The notes under the pieces: generated by a model
Told to the model about the DNA's origin: nothing
Seen by the model: only the letters and a program-made list of their open reading frames with translations
Databases searched by the model: none
From: an uncultured Clostridia bacterium
GTDB taxonomy: Bacteria; Bacillota; Clostridia; TANB77; CAG-508
Assembly (NCBI GenBank): GCA_947589065.1
Contig: CANPZM010000003.1
Span: 1-56,901 of the forward strand
Length of the DNA: 56,901 bases
Direction: 5' to 3'
Program-made: the position numbers and the translations under genes
In this document: positions 10,259-22,041 of the stretch, in pieces
Layout of the letters: every line of letters starts with the position of its first letter
Position numbering within the stretch: position 1 is the stretch's first letter

Positions 10259-11626
10259 TTACTTTAATTTTTTTTCTATTAAGCTAGCAAGTTCTTTAGC
10301 TTTTTCTGTAATATATTCTTGATTTTCTCCTTCAATCATAACTCTAACTAAAGGTTCTGTACCTGAAGTTCTAATTAAGACCCTACCATTTCCATAAAAC
10401 TCTTTTTCTAATTTTTCAATATTATCCATTATTTCTTTATCTTTATCATAATCATATTTTTTATCACTATTTACTCTAGCATTTATTAATACTTGAGGAT
10501 ATATATTTACAATTTTTCTAGCTTCTGATGCTAATTGATTTTTTTCAAATAAAATTCTAAGTAACATCAAAGAAGTTAAAATGCCATCACCTGTTGGATT
10601 ATAATCAAGAAAAATAATATGTCCAGATTGTTCTCCACCTAAATTATATCCGTTTTTTAACATTTCTTCTAAAACATATCTATCTCCAACTTTAGTTTGT
10701 TTAAAATTAATTTCATTTTTTTCAGAAAATTTATTTAAGCCAAGATTACTCATAACAGTTGCAACTAAAGTATCATTTGCAAGTTTTCCATTTTCTTTAA
10801 GATACTTTGATGCAATGGCTAACATAACATCACCATCAATAACCTCACCTTTTTCATCAACTGCTAGGCATCTGTCACCATCACCATCATATGCAATTCC
10901 CAAATTATATTTTCCTTCAACAACTTTTTCTTTTAGCATTTCTAAATGTGTAGAACCGCAATTTTTATTAATATTAACACCATTTGGACTATTATTAATA
11001 ATATCAAATTTTATTCCAAGTCTATTATATATTTTCTCTGCTACAAAAGATGTAGCACCATTAGCTGTATCAATTAAAACTCTAAAATCTTCTCTATTAT
11101 TTTTAGTAATGCTTTCATGAAATATACCAACTATAAAATCAATATAATCATTTACCATATATTCAGCATTTTCTGCTACACCAATTTTTTCTGCAACAGC
11201 CGTCAATTCAGATAACTGTGTATCAGAATCCATTATTTCTTCAATCTCTTCCTCTAATTCATCTGGTATCTTCATTCCTTTATTGCTAAAATACTTTACT
11301 CCATTAAATTCAAAAGTATTATGTGAAGCGGAAATTACTACGCTAGCATCTGCACTATATTTTTTAGTTAAATAAGCAACTGCTGGTGTAGGTATCACTC
11401 CTAAAGTTTTAACATTTGCACCATAACTAAGAAATCCAGCAATCATTGAACTTTCAATTAAAGTTCCAGAAATTCTAGTATCCCTTCCAATAAAAATTGT
11501 TGGTACATTTCCTGTACGCCTAGAAAAAACAGCAGCACCTGCTTTTGCAACCTTAAATACTAAACTAGGTGAAAGCTCTGTATTGGCTATTCTTCTTATT
11601 CCATCTGTTTCGAAATATTTTCTCAT
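10259..11626 (-). CDS. glmM: Phosphoglucosamine mutase
   Basis: ISASHN, DGDGDR, GGEQSGH, RTSGTEPLVRVMIE. Confidence 0.95.
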   Translation of the reverse strand: MRKYFETDGIRRIANTELSPSLVFKVAKAGAAVFSRRTGNVPTIFIGRDTRISGTLIESSMIAGFLSYGANVKTLGVIPTPAVAYLTKKYSADASVVISASHNTFEFNGVKYFSNKGMKIPDELEEEIEEIMDSDTQLSELTAVAEKIGVAENAEYMVNDYIDFIVGIFHESITKNNREDFRVLIDTANGATSFVAEKIYNRLGIKFDIINNSPNGVNINKNCGSTHLEMLKEKVVEGKYNLGIAYDGDGDRCLAVDEKGEVIDGDVMLAIASKYLKENGKLANDTLVATVMSNLGLNKFSEKNEINFKQTKVGDRYVLEEMLKNGYNLGGEQSGHIIFLDYNPTGDGILTSLMLLRILFEKNQLASEARKIVNIYPQVLINARVNSDKKYDYDKDKEIMDNIEKLEKEFYGNGRVLIRTSGTEPLVRVMIEGENQEYITEKAKELASLIEKKLK

Positions 11627-11652
11627 AATAACCTCCTTAAAATGATGTAATT

Positions 11653-11681
11653 ATTATATCTTTTAAGTAACGTTTTTTCAA
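11653..11681 (-). promoter_or_regulatory. Putative sigma-A promoter of glmM
   Basis: TTGAAA-N17-TATAAT on the minus strand. Confidence 0.6.
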
Positions 11682-11728
11682 GTAAATTTGCTATTTTGTA
11701 AGCAATTTTTTGCTTTATTTAAAAAAAG

Positions 11729-11764
11729 CAAAAAGCTCTCAAATTTTATTTTGAGAGCTTTTTA
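11729..11764 (-). terminator. Intrinsic terminator after the secF-like gene
   Basis: AAAAGCTCTCAAA...TTTGAGAGCTTTT inverted repeat with T-runs. Confidence 0.7.
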
Positions 11765-11780
11765 TATGTTTTCATTATTT

Positions 11781-12566
11781 CTAAACCTTACTTAATTGTT
11801 TTTCTGATATTATCGTCTTCAAAATTAATTGAATCATCCAGATAAATATTAAAACAATATTAATGTAACTATTTATTGGTATTCTCACTAGTCCAACTAC
11901 AGCAATTATAAAAGCTTGAACTAAAATCATTTCAAAAATTAGTTTAGCAGGTTCACAAAGCCAAGCTAACTTATATAATTTTTTAAATCTTATACTATAA
12001 TATACTGCAATAATAACTAAGGAAAGTAATGCAGGCATTATAAGACTTTTAGTAAAATCTAGAAAACTTGTTTTAGCAACATTTGATAATTTTAAAGAAA
12101 CATCTGTATTCTGAAGTTCTTCCTTTGTGTATTCTAATCCATATTGATTTTTTATTTTCTCAATCAATTCTGAAACCTCTTTATCTTCCATACTATCAAT
12201 TGAAGAATCTACATCTAATTCATCTAAAATATCTTCTTTTTTCATCTGTTTTATGTTAAAGTCAGTTTGATATTTCTCATTTAATTTTCCAAGTAAATTA
12301 TTTATTTCTTCATCAGTTATATCAATTGCTTCAATAGAAAAACTTGTATTAAACAATGTCGTTTGTTTTACTACAGTTTTATTTTTAATTGTTTCTTTCA
12401 CTATTGATTTAACATCACTTATATTATGTTCTTTATCTAATGTTATTTCTAATCTTTTATGATTAGAACACGTTATATCATAGTTAAAACCTTTTAAAGT
12501 TATAACAACAACACCAAGAACAATCGCCAAAATCATTAATCCATATAATATTATTTTTTTCTTCAT
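11781..12566 (-). CDS. Divergent, short SecF-like protein
   Basis: N-terminal TM then GFNYDI, extracytoplasmic domain, about 3 C-terminal TMs; directly after the secD-like gene. Confidence 0.55.
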   Translation of the reverse strand: MKKKIILYGLMILAIVLGVVVITLKGFNYDITCSNHKRLEITLDKEHNISDVKSIVKETIKNKTVVKQTTLFNTSFSIEAIDITDEEINNLLGKLNEKYQTDFNIKQMKKEDILDELDVDSSIDSMEDKEVSELIEKIKNQYGLEYTKEELQNTDVSLKLSNVAKTSFLDFTKSLIMPALLSLVIIAVYYSIRFKKLYKLAWLCEPAKLIFEMILVQAFIIAVVGLVRIPINSYINIVLIFIWMIQLILKTIISEKQLSKV

Positions 12567-14147
12567 TTATATATCATTCCTTTCTTCCAATAATACAAGA
12601 GAAACTAAAAAAGTATAAATAAATGTTATTATTCCCCAAATGCCTATTATTCCAACTGATAATAAATTAATATCTTTTACAAAATTAAATACTAAAATCA
12701 TGATAAGGAATGGAATTATACTCATTAAAAATTTTTTTAACTGTTCTAATTTATCTGTCTTTGTTAAATTTGACATAAATAAATAATTTAATATACTCAT
12801 AAAGAAAATCATCATTAGTCCAACTAATGTTAACGTAGCTCCAACTACTCTAATTAATAAAAGCAATATTGCAACATATCCTATTTCAATTAAAGCCATC
12901 TTCAAGCCGGTTTTTCCATACTTCTTAACCATCAAAACAGCTATTATAACTAAAATAGCACAAGTAGCTATTGAAAAATATGTTAAAAAGTTTTCAGATA
13001 AATTAGAGTTTAAATATACGCCACTATCAACTTTATATTTTATTGGCATTTCGTCTGTTTCAAGTACTGATTGATAAACAAGACATTCTCTATATTTTTG
13101 ATTAAATGTATCAATATCTGATGTTTGTACATCTTTATATATTGGAACATTTATAGAAGTATATGTTCCTTCAGGTGAAAAATATGTTTTATATATATCA
13201 GTATCATTTATTCTAATAGTAATCGTTTTTTGCGTAGTTTCGCCATTTTCATCAGTTGTTTCAATATATTTTTTGGTCATTTCATTTATTTTATTTTGTG
13301 CATTAGAATTAAATTGAAAAGAAATTCCTAAATCATACGTTGGATTTTCTGCAGTAGAATTTTCGCTAGGAACATAATAACCTGTTGCACTTTTTATCAT
13401 GCTTCTATCAATTAGACATTCTTCAGTATCTGAATCAATAATTTCAAAATCGCCTTTTCCTTCAATTAATGTTGGAACAAAATTAGTTATATCTGTATTA
13501 GATGTTTCTATATTAATAGCACCATTTTCTTCATTCATTGAAACAATAGCATCAACTATTCCATAAGATTTCAATCTGCTCTCAATTATCTCTTTAGATT
13601 TTTTATAATTTTGTACATTTAAAACTTCTTGAGGATTAATAGGAGCTTCTTTAGTTTCAGGTTCTGTACTCTCAGAATTATCTTCTGATTCTACATTTTT
13701 ATCTTCTTTTGAAGAATCTTCCTTTTCATCCTTTTTTTCATCCTTCTTTGAAGCATCTTCCTTTTTGTCTGTTTTTTCATCTTTCTTTGAAGCATCTTCT
13801 TTTTTATCTGTTTTTTTATCTTCCTTTGATGAATCTTCTTTTTTGTCTGTTTCCTTATCCTTTTCTGCAGAATCTTCCTTTGGGTCTGTCTCCGTATTCG
13901 CTGTTTCATCATTATTTTCTTCACTAGTAGCTTCCTCACTAGCTTCATCTTCCTCAACTTCTTTTGTTCCATCATCTATTACAAATCCGAAATCTCTAGT
14001 TCCTTTAAGCTCTTTACCATAATTAAATTTAGGTAATATATTAGTCCAATTATTTAAGTTTCTTTTATATATTCCAAAGAAAGAAATTATTGCCACTAAT
14101 ATTATTGCCAATATAACTATTATTTTTGTTAAAATATTCTTTTTCAA
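12567..14147 (-). CDS. Divergent SecD-like protein with acidic low-complexity insertion
   Basis: FNYGKELKG (cf. LGLDLxGG), IIESRLKSYG, C-terminal TMs with TLTLVG; lies downstream of queA-tgt. Confidence 0.65.
   Translation of the reverse strand: MKKNILTKIIVILAIILVAIISFFGIYKRNLNNWTNILPKFNYGKELKGTRDFGFVIDDGTKEVEEDEASEEATSEENNDETANTETDPKEDSAEKDKETDKKEDSSKEDKKTDKKEDASKKDEKTDKKEDASKKDEKKDEKEDSSKEDKNVESEDNSESTEPETKEAPINPQEVLNVQNYKKSKEIIESRLKSYGIVDAIVSMNEENGAINIETSNTDITNFVPTLIEGKGDFEIIDSDTEECLIDRSMIKSATGYYVPSENSTAENPTYDLGISFQFNSNAQNKINEMTKKYIETTDENGETTQKTITIRINDTDIYKTYFSPEGTYTSINVPIYKDVQTSDIDTFNQKYRECLVYQSVLETDEMPIKYKVDSGVYLNSNLSENFLTYFSIATCAILVIIAVLMVKKYGKTGLKMALIEIGYVAILLLLIRVVGATLTLVGLMMIFFMSILNYLFMSNLTKTDKLEQLKKFLMSIIPFLIMILVFNFVKDINLLSVGIIGIWGIITFIYTFLVSLVLLEERNDI
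13700..13885 (-). repeat. Imperfect 39-bp coding tandem repeat (about 4-5 units, ~KKEDASKKDEKTD)
   Basis: DKKEDSSKEDKKT DKKEDASKKDEKT DKKEDASKKDEKK DEKEDSSKEDK in the translation. Confidence 0.8.
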
Positions 14148-14160
14148 CTCTTAGTACCCC

Positions 14161-14823
14161 CTATAATAAATTTGTATCATTTATGACTACTTCAAACCAT
14201 AATCCCAAATATTTGGCAGCATATTTGCTCATCATTGTTCTTTCCATAAATATCTCAAAATAATCTAATACCGGACACATTTTTGTATCTATAGTCAAGT
14301 CCAAAATAATTTTTCTTTCATCTTTATCTATTTTTAAGTTTGCGTCAGTTACTGCATAATTAACTCTATCATGCTTGTCGAACAGTGACATATTAGTTTT
14401 TGATACTCTGCTTCTATGTGCATCAGATTTATCTGCCAATATTACTGCAGCAGATATATCATTTACAGCCGTTCCCGTATTTTCGTCATGATTTCCTATT
14501 GCCATCATTATCTCAGTTCTTTCCTTAACATCCATTCCCATTTCTTTTAAAATATTTCCAGCTAATATAGCACCCGTATGAGCATGATCAGTTCTATTGA
14601 TTGCATTTCCCAAATCATGCAAATATCCTGCAATTTGAGCAAGTCTTATTCTATCTTCATCATATCCCAAAGTTCTTAAAATTTCTCCCGCTCGTTCTGA
14701 AACAATTACTAAATGTCTATGTGCATGCTCTGTATATCCTAATACATCTAACTGTTGCTGTGCAGCTAGTATAAGTTGCTCTACCTCTGGATTATTTTTG
14801 ACATCTTCTAAAGTTACACTCAC
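14161..14823 (-). CDS. HD-domain phosphohydrolase
   Basis: YTEHAHRH, YLHDLGN, GNHDE, LADKSD. Confidence 0.85.
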   Translation of the reverse strand: MSVTLEDVKNNPEVEQLILAAQQQLDVLGYTEHAHRHLVIVSERAGEILRTLGYDEDRIRLAQIAGYLHDLGNAINRTDHAHTGAILAGNILKEMGMDVKERTEIMMAIGNHDENTGTAVNDISAAVILADKSDAHRSRVSKTNMSLFDKHDRVNYAVTDANLKIDKDERKIILDLTIDTKMCPVLDYFEIFMERTMMSKYAAKYLGLWFEVVINDTNLL

Positions 14824-14996
14824 TTTTTTCCTCCTTCAGTATTTCATTTTTTGATTTTATATTAAAAAAATAAAAATATCAACATATTTTTTTAACTTTC
14901 TAATATTTATCAAAAATTTTTAATGAAAAATAATAAAAGTTTAATATTAATATTATTTTCTTATTTCAACCAATTAAACAATTTCCTTCAAATATA

Positions 14997-15374
14997 TTAC
15001 TTTTTTAAATTAATACCTACAATTCCTCCAATACTGCCACATAAAAATGCAACTAAAAACATTATTATTGAGTATATATTTACCTGAAAATTTTTCAAAA
15101 TTACACTTGATGAAAAATATATCAATCCAAAATAAAGTAGTCCCACAAGTGCTCCTTTAATAAATCCCTTTTTATTCGACTTAATTGTTACAATTGATGC
15201 TCCAATTAATATGCTTATTCCAGTAATAATCATAATAGCAGGATTAATAATACTTTCTGGCAATGTAGTATAGGATAATAGCATTCCTAATATGTAAAAC
15301 AATATTATTGTTAATCCAAAACTTATAAAAATTCCCTTTATAAAAGAACTTATAGAATTATTTTTTTCATTCAT
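14997..15374 (-). CDS. TIGR04086/YrzE-like four-TM membrane protein
   Basis: 4 TM, KKGFIKGALVGLLY, GGIVGIN C-terminus; typical neighbour of tgt/secD in Firmicutes. Confidence 0.75.
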   Translation of the reverse strand: MNEKNNSISSFIKGIFISFGLTIILFYILGMLLSYTTLPESIINPAIMIITGISILIGASIVTIKSNKKGFIKGALVGLLYFGLIYFSSSVILKNFQVNIYSIIMFLVAFLCGSIGGIVGINLKK

Positions 15375-15440
15375 TATTTTTACCTCCCAAAAAAACTTTC
15401 ATATACTATAAATATGAAAGTTTTTAGGGATTATACTATT

Positions 15441-17111
15441 CTAATTTACATTATTATCAGTTTGAGTTGTATTTGCATCTATATCTCCATTTTGGTTATC
15501 AGTTTCTGTTTGATTTGAATCATTAGACACATCTTCTGAAGTAGTATTATCTATTTGCGCCTGTTCGGCTTTAGTATCGGCATCTATTTCACTCTGTGAT
15601 TTCTTTTTATATGTATTATTTTGTATTAAATTTTTTAATTCTGTTCTTGTATTAATTAATTCTTGTAGTGTTAATAATTCGTTATTATTAACTTTATTAA
15701 AATAATACGTTGGTTGTCCATTAGATGTCATATAATAAATTGCTGTATAATATGCATTTAGAATTATGTCTCCATTTGTCGTCATCATACCATAATTTTC
15801 AGTTCCAGTATTATTTTTCATAGAGAAAACTATTCCTTGCAATTTATCAGTTAATGGTACAACTACTGTTGGCATCGCAGATGTATTTTGAATTAATTTT
15901 GCAGGATCTTCACATCCAATTGAATTATAAATAGTTCTTGCAATAATATAACCATCTTTACTAAATAATCCATATAAACCATTTCTCTTAACTGGTATAC
16001 ATTCTTTAGCTATTAAAAAATTATTTTCTAATCCTTGTCCACTATAAGCATTAGCATTGTTTAATCCAATTTGATCATATTCAGTTGGTACAATTACTTT
16101 ACCAGATGCATTAACAACCCCAAATTTTTTATTTACTTCTACAATATATAACTTATTATTTGCATCAAGTAATTGTATACTATCATATTCCAATGGTACT
16201 GTTGGTTTTTCAGCACCTGGTGCTAGCATACCATAATTTGAATCACTAGCAACTACAAATTCTTCTATACTTTGTACATATTCAACATAATCATATCTAA
16301 GACTTATAACGTCTTTACAATCATTTCCATTTACTTGAACAACACCATATTTTTCATCATTTTGTCCTACAACAGCCAATCCTTTATATAATGCCCTTTT
16401 ATTTTTATAATTAGAAGACAAATTATATCCCTTTTTACTTAAGAAACTGGAATATGTTTTTACTAATTCTTCCAATGAATACATTGTAACAGTATTATCC
16501 GCTACTGATATATTCATATTAAGTCCTTGGGTAATTGCATCATAAGATGCATATAATTTTCCATCTACAAATTTTATAACTGGATTTTCTAATGTTATTT
16601 GTTCTTCCTCTTCTATTTCAGTATTTATCTGTTGTCCATTGTTTCTTTTATTAACTTCCTTTTCAGCTAATTCTTTTTCGTATTTTGCTTTTTTTATATA
16701 TTTATGTATATTATCCGAATCAGATGAAAAAGAAACAAATTCACCAGAAGTACTAATATGACATTTATCAGTATTTTCATCCAACTCAATATATGAACCT
16801 TTATTATATCTATATCCAAACAATGTTGAAATAGATTCAATACAATAATAGTCACCAAAAGGTGTTACCAAAATCATAGGTAATTCACCATGTTCCTGTG
16901 TCTGAATTGACTTTCTTTGATATGTACTTCCATTTTGATCTCTCATTTCTGTCGTATTAGTCTTATATAAATTATTTCCAATCATGATTTTAGTTTTTCT
17001 GGCATCCATAGACATAAAAACTATAGTTATACTTAAAATAATCACAAATAATATTACAGAAGCAACAATTGCCATTAATATTACTTTTTTCTTTTGATTT
17101 GCATCATCCAT
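15441..17111 (-). CDS. Membrane-anchored WG-repeat protein
   Basis: N-terminal TM; repeated KYGVV..YD, KFGVVNASGKVIVPTEYD, LYGLFSKDG. Confidence 0.7.
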   Translation of the reverse strand: MDDANQKKKVILMAIVASVILFVIILSITIVFMSMDARKTKIMIGNNLYKTNTTEMRDQNGSTYQRKSIQTQEHGELPMILVTPFGDYYCIESISTLFGYRYNKGSYIELDENTDKCHISTSGEFVSFSSDSDNIHKYIKKAKYEKELAEKEVNKRNNGQQINTEIEEEEQITLENPVIKFVDGKLYASYDAITQGLNMNISVADNTVTMYSLEELVKTYSSFLSKKGYNLSSNYKNKRALYKGLAVVGQNDEKYGVVQVNGNDCKDVISLRYDYVEYVQSIEEFVVASDSNYGMLAPGAEKPTVPLEYDSIQLLDANNKLYIVEVNKKFGVVNASGKVIVPTEYDQIGLNNANAYSGQGLENNFLIAKECIPVKRNGLYGLFSKDGYIIARTIYNSIGCEDPAKLIQNTSAMPTVVVPLTDKLQGIVFSMKNNTGTENYGMMTTNGDIILNAYYTAIYYMTSNGQPTYYFNKVNNNELLTLQELINTRTELKNLIQNNTYKKKSQSEIDADTKAEQAQIDNTTSEDVSNDSNQTETDNQNGDIDANTTQTDNNVN

Positions 17112-17126
17112 TTACAAAATTTCCTC

Positions 17127-18269
<1,143 letters not shown>

Positions 18270-18334
18270 CTAGCATACAAATTTGATTTTAATAAATATA
18301 AAAATATGTAATATAAATATTTTTCATATTTTTA

Positions 18335-19624
18335 CTATCTTTCTTCATCTTCTCTTTCTTTAAAAAATGTATTACTCTTTTTTTCATTATTTTGAAGATT
18401 AGTTACTTTAATTCTTTCATTAAATTTATCTTTTTCTTCATTAAGTGATGATTGTGCAATAGTTGCTGCTCTAACTTGTTTTAAAGCTTTATTTTGTGCT
18501 TCAAGTCCATACTTTTTTTCTAACTCTTCAAAAGATAGTTTTGAATTTTTAAATGAACTAATAAAATCCTTGGCTACCAAAATAATTCCATCCATGCCTC
18601 CATGTAATACACCTGTAGCATATTCTTTCGCATCCATTGACATATTTGTTGGATTTAGCAGTCTTATTTTTCCATCCTTATAAATTCCTATTGAAGGATT
18701 CGTAGGGTCTACCATAAGTGTAACATTATCTTCATCAATATCAACTAATACAACCATATGATTTCCTATAAAAGTATTAGATAATTTTGAAGATATACTG
18801 TCACCACTTTGAACTGTTTCGTTTTTATTATCTTCTTTTGTCTCACTATTTTTTTCTTTGGTACTTTCTTTATTATCAACATTATTCTCTTTTTTTGATT
18901 CTGAAGAGGAATTAATATTCAATCTATCAATATCTGTCATCTTTATATATCCTTCTTCAGACATATATACATTTATTGTTCTTGCATTATAAGACGGATT
19001 TATTTCATTTAATTTTTTAGCTACATCTGTTGCAAAATTTCGGCATACACCATATCCTTCAGGAGTAGATAAATCCAATTCAAAAAAACCATATATATCT
19101 TTTTCTGGTGTTCTATAGCCTTTTATGTTTGACCACATATCATCAGTAACCTTCATTATATTTTGCAAATTAGTAAAATTCATTGCCTTTATCTCTTCAG
19201 CATAGTTTTGAATTCTTTCATTATTTTCATCAATTTCTTTTTCATATTGTTTTGCATTAGAATCAATCAAACTTTGTGATGTAGTTGAGCCTAGTGCTGA
19301 AAAACCTGTTACAAATAATGCAGAAAATATCCCTATTTTCTTCAAAAAACATGATGCTTTATATAGCATCGCTTTCCCTAATCCTTGATTTTCTTTTATT
19401 TCATCATATTTAGCTTTTTCTACTACTTTTTGATAAGCTGAATTACCATATTTATCATATATTTCTTCATATTTCCCTTGTTTAAGTAAATTTTTCTTTT
19501 CTTCATAAGCATACCAAGTAGGTACTGTATTTCTATATACAATACCTCCAAATCTTTCATAAATTCTATCAAATTCTTTTCGCTTTTTTAATTGTCTAAG
19601 CTCTTTTCTTAAATCTTTGTTCAT
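18335..19624 (-). CDS. Hypothetical protein with transglutaminase-like Cys-His-Asp motifs
   Basis: GVCRNFA...GNHMVVLV...MVDPTN; one TM near residue 100. Confidence 0.6.
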   Translation of the reverse strand: MNKDLRKELRQLKKRKEFDRIYERFGGIVYRNTVPTWYAYEEKKNLLKQGKYEEIYDKYGNSAYQKVVEKAKYDEIKENQGLGKAMLYKASCFLKKIGIFSALFVTGFSALGSTTSQSLIDSNAKQYEKEIDENNERIQNYAEEIKAMNFTNLQNIMKVTDDMWSNIKGYRTPEKDIYGFFELDLSTPEGYGVCRNFATDVAKKLNEINPSYNARTINVYMSEEGYIKMTDIDRLNINSSSESKKENNVDNKESTKEKNSETKEDNKNETVQSGDSISSKLSNTFIGNHMVVLVDIDEDNVTLMVDPTNPSIGIYKDGKIRLLNPTNMSMDAKEYATGVLHGGMDGIILVAKDFISSFKNSKLSFEELEKKYGLEAQNKALKQVRAATIAQSSLNEEKDKFNERIKVTNLQNNEKKSNTFFKEREDEER

Positions 19625-19633
19625 TCATGCTCC

Positions 19634-20656
19634 TTATATGATTAACATTGCATCTCCAAAGCTAAAAAATCTATATTTTTCTCTAACCGCTTCATTATAT
19701 GCCTTTAGTATAAAATCTCTATTTGCAAAAGCAGATACAAGCATAAGTAAAGTTGACTGTGGTAAATGAAAATTAGTAATTAATGCATCTAAACACTTAA
19801 ATTTATATCCAGGATAAATAAAAATATTTGTATCCCCTTCTGTTTCTTTAACATATCCGTTTTCATCTGCAATTGTTTCTAATACTCTACATGATGTAGT
19901 TCCAACAGCAATAACCCTTTTTCCAGCCCTTTTAGTATCATTTATCTTGTTTACATCTTCTTGCTTTATATAAAAATGTTCTGAATGCATATGATGTTTT
20001 TCTACTTCATTTTCTTTGACAGGTCTAAATGTTCCGATTCCAACATGTAAAGTAACATTAGCAATTTTAACACCCTTATTTTCAATTTTCTTTAGTAATT
20101 CATTTGTAAAATGCAACCCAGCTGTTGGAGCAGCAGCTGAACCATCAAATTTAGCATACACAGTTTGATATCTATTTTTTTCTTTTAAGGTCTCATGAAT
20201 ATAAGGTGGTAATGGCATTAAACCTATCTTATCTAAAATTTCATTAAAAATTCCATCATAGTATAATTTAACTTTTCGAGTACCACCAGGCAAAACTTCT
20301 AAAATCTCAGCCTCTAGCAGTCCATTACCAAATATAACTTTAGTTCCAATATGTAATTTATTTCCTGGTCTTACTATTGTCTCCCAAATATCTCCTTCGA
20401 TATTGTTTAATAATAAGAATTCAATATTTGCTCCACTTTCCTTTTTCCCATATAATCTTGCAGGAATTACTTTTGTATTATTACGAACTAAGCAATCTCC
20501 TGGCTCTAAATAATCTAAAATATTTTTAAAAATTTTATTTTGTATTGTTTCATCTTTTCTATTTAATACCATAAGCCTTGATTCATCTCTTTTTTTTATT
20601 GGAATCTGTGCTATCAATTCTTCTGGTAAATCATAATTAAAATCTGATACTTTCAA
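19634..20656 (-). CDS. queA: S-adenosylmethionine:tRNA ribosyltransferase-isomerase
   Basis: [41 protein letters not shown]. Confidence 0.97.
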   Translation of the reverse strand: MKVSDFNYDLPEELIAQIPIKKRDESRLMVLNRKDETIQNKIFKNILDYLEPGDCLVRNNTKVIPARLYGKKESGANIEFLLLNNIEGDIWETIVRPGNKLHIGTKVIFGNGLLEAEILEVLPGGTRKVKLYYDGIFNEILDKIGLMPLPPYIHETLKEKNRYQTVYAKFDGSAAAPTAGLHFTNELLKKIENKGVKIANVTLHVGIGTFRPVKENEVEKHHMHSEHFYIKQEDVNKINDTKRAGKRVIAVGTTSCRVLETIADENGYVKETEGDTNIFIYPGYKFKCLDALITNFHLPQSTLLMLVSAFANRDFILKAYNEAVREKYRFFSFGDAMLII

Positions 20657-20673
20657 AATTAATTACATCCTCT

Positions 20674-22041
20674 CTAATCCGTTATTATTGTTGAATTATA
20701 ATCATAATAATTATTATTTTCTTCTTTTCTTGTTGTTATAATATTTTTAAAGTTCTTAAATATTTGAACAGCTATATCTACAATATTGTTAGGTTTATTC
20801 TCAAATTCCATTTCACTTGCATTATTAAAATTGCTCTCATGTAAAGGTTTTGTAGAATAAACAAGTGAATCTAAACCAGTCTTTCCATCAGAAGTTTTTA
20901 TTTCATTTCTCATATAATCTCTATACCAATTTTTTAACCCACTACTATCAGAAGATTTGTATCCAAATTTTTCATTATCATGTAATGCTGGAAATTTATA
21001 TTGTCTTTCTGATAAATTTCTTTCCAATGAATGTAAGAATTCGTGTACAAAAACTTCCTCTGGAAAAGTATCATTTTGAATATCATATTTATACATAGTA
21101 GTTCTGTTCATATCATTTGGCATTCTTATATTTGAAAAGCCAATAGAATCATATTTCATACTGCCTAATCCAATCCAATCCTTAACTGGTATAGCATTTT
21201 CTTCATTTCCCATTCTAATTCCTATAAAAATATGATCAAATTCATTTTGTTTAACATAATCATCTATTAATGGTTCCACATCTTTTGGGCTAACATAATA
21301 ATAATTTTCCGCATCATATGAAAAAGTTTTAAGTGGTTTATCTATTTCTATTATGTTAGTAGAAACCTTCATAGCAGAATTAGAAAATTTTTCACAAGTA
21401 TCTTCAAATCTTTGAAGATTATCCTTTAACAAAATTTTATCTTCATCAGTTAGTGAATAACTGTATTTATTATTATCAGCAGTAAATTCTACATTATTAA
21501 TAAAAAAGCAAGCAACATTCCATGTCTTATCAGCATCTTTAGCACCTTTTTCCAAATGAATATCTGAAAACCATACTTTTCCTTTAGTATATCCATTATA
21601 ACCACCTAGTCTAAAACCAATTTTCATACTTTCAGAATTTTGAGAATCAAAATATAAAGTGAGCCTTTTCCAATCATTAGTGCCCTGTAAAGGAGTAGTT
21701 TGCTCAATTGTATCTAATACACTTATACAAGCACCAGATGTCTCAGGTTCAGTACTTTCAACATTTTCTGTTTTAACCATACAAGTTACTTTATATGGTG
21801 TATTTTTTTCAACTGTTACCTCTTTAAAAAATATAGCATCATTAAAATCAGTATTTTCTATACAATAACTATTATCATTATTAAACTTTACTTTAGATTC
21901 TCTATAAAATGAAGTAATATGGTCTTTTTCTTGAGCCTTAGAAAAATCATTAAAATAAAATCTGTTATAAACAAAAATAATTGCTCCAACTAAAGCTATC
22001 ATTATAATTAATGTAAATATTGTTGATATAACTTTTTTCAT
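20674..22041 (-). CDS. Membrane-anchored protein with carbohydrate-binding-like domain and HExxH motif
   Basis: N-terminal TM; NTPYKVTCMVKT..GTNDW..GKVWFSDI (CBM-like); VHEFLH. Confidence 0.6.
   Translation of the reverse strand: MKKVISTIFTLIIMIALVGAIIFVYNRFYFNDFSKAQEKDHITSFYRESKVKFNNDNSYCIENTDFNDAIFFKEVTVEKNTPYKVTCMVKTENVESTEPETSGACISVLDTIEQTTPLQGTNDWKRLTLYFDSQNSESMKIGFRLGGYNGYTKGKVWFSDIHLEKGAKDADKTWNVACFFINNVEFTADNNKYSYSLTDEDKILLKDNLQRFEDTCEKFSNSAMKVSTNIIEIDKPLKTFSYDAENYYYVSPKDVEPLIDDYVKQNEFDHIFIGIRMGNEENAIPVKDWIGLGSMKYDSIGFSNIRMPNDMNRTTMYKYDIQNDTFPEEVFVHEFLHSLERNLSERQYKFPALHDNEKFGYKSSDSSGLKNWYRDYMRNEIKTSDGKTGLDSLVYSTKPLHESNFNNASEMEFENKPNNIVDIAVQIFKNFKNIITTRKEENNNYYDYNSTIITD

Noticed and set aside
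11590-11626. glmM N-terminus FETDGIRR instead of FGTDG(I/V)RG as hidden recoding
   Set aside because: The frame is continuous; these are plain substitutions and the catalytic motifs are intact.
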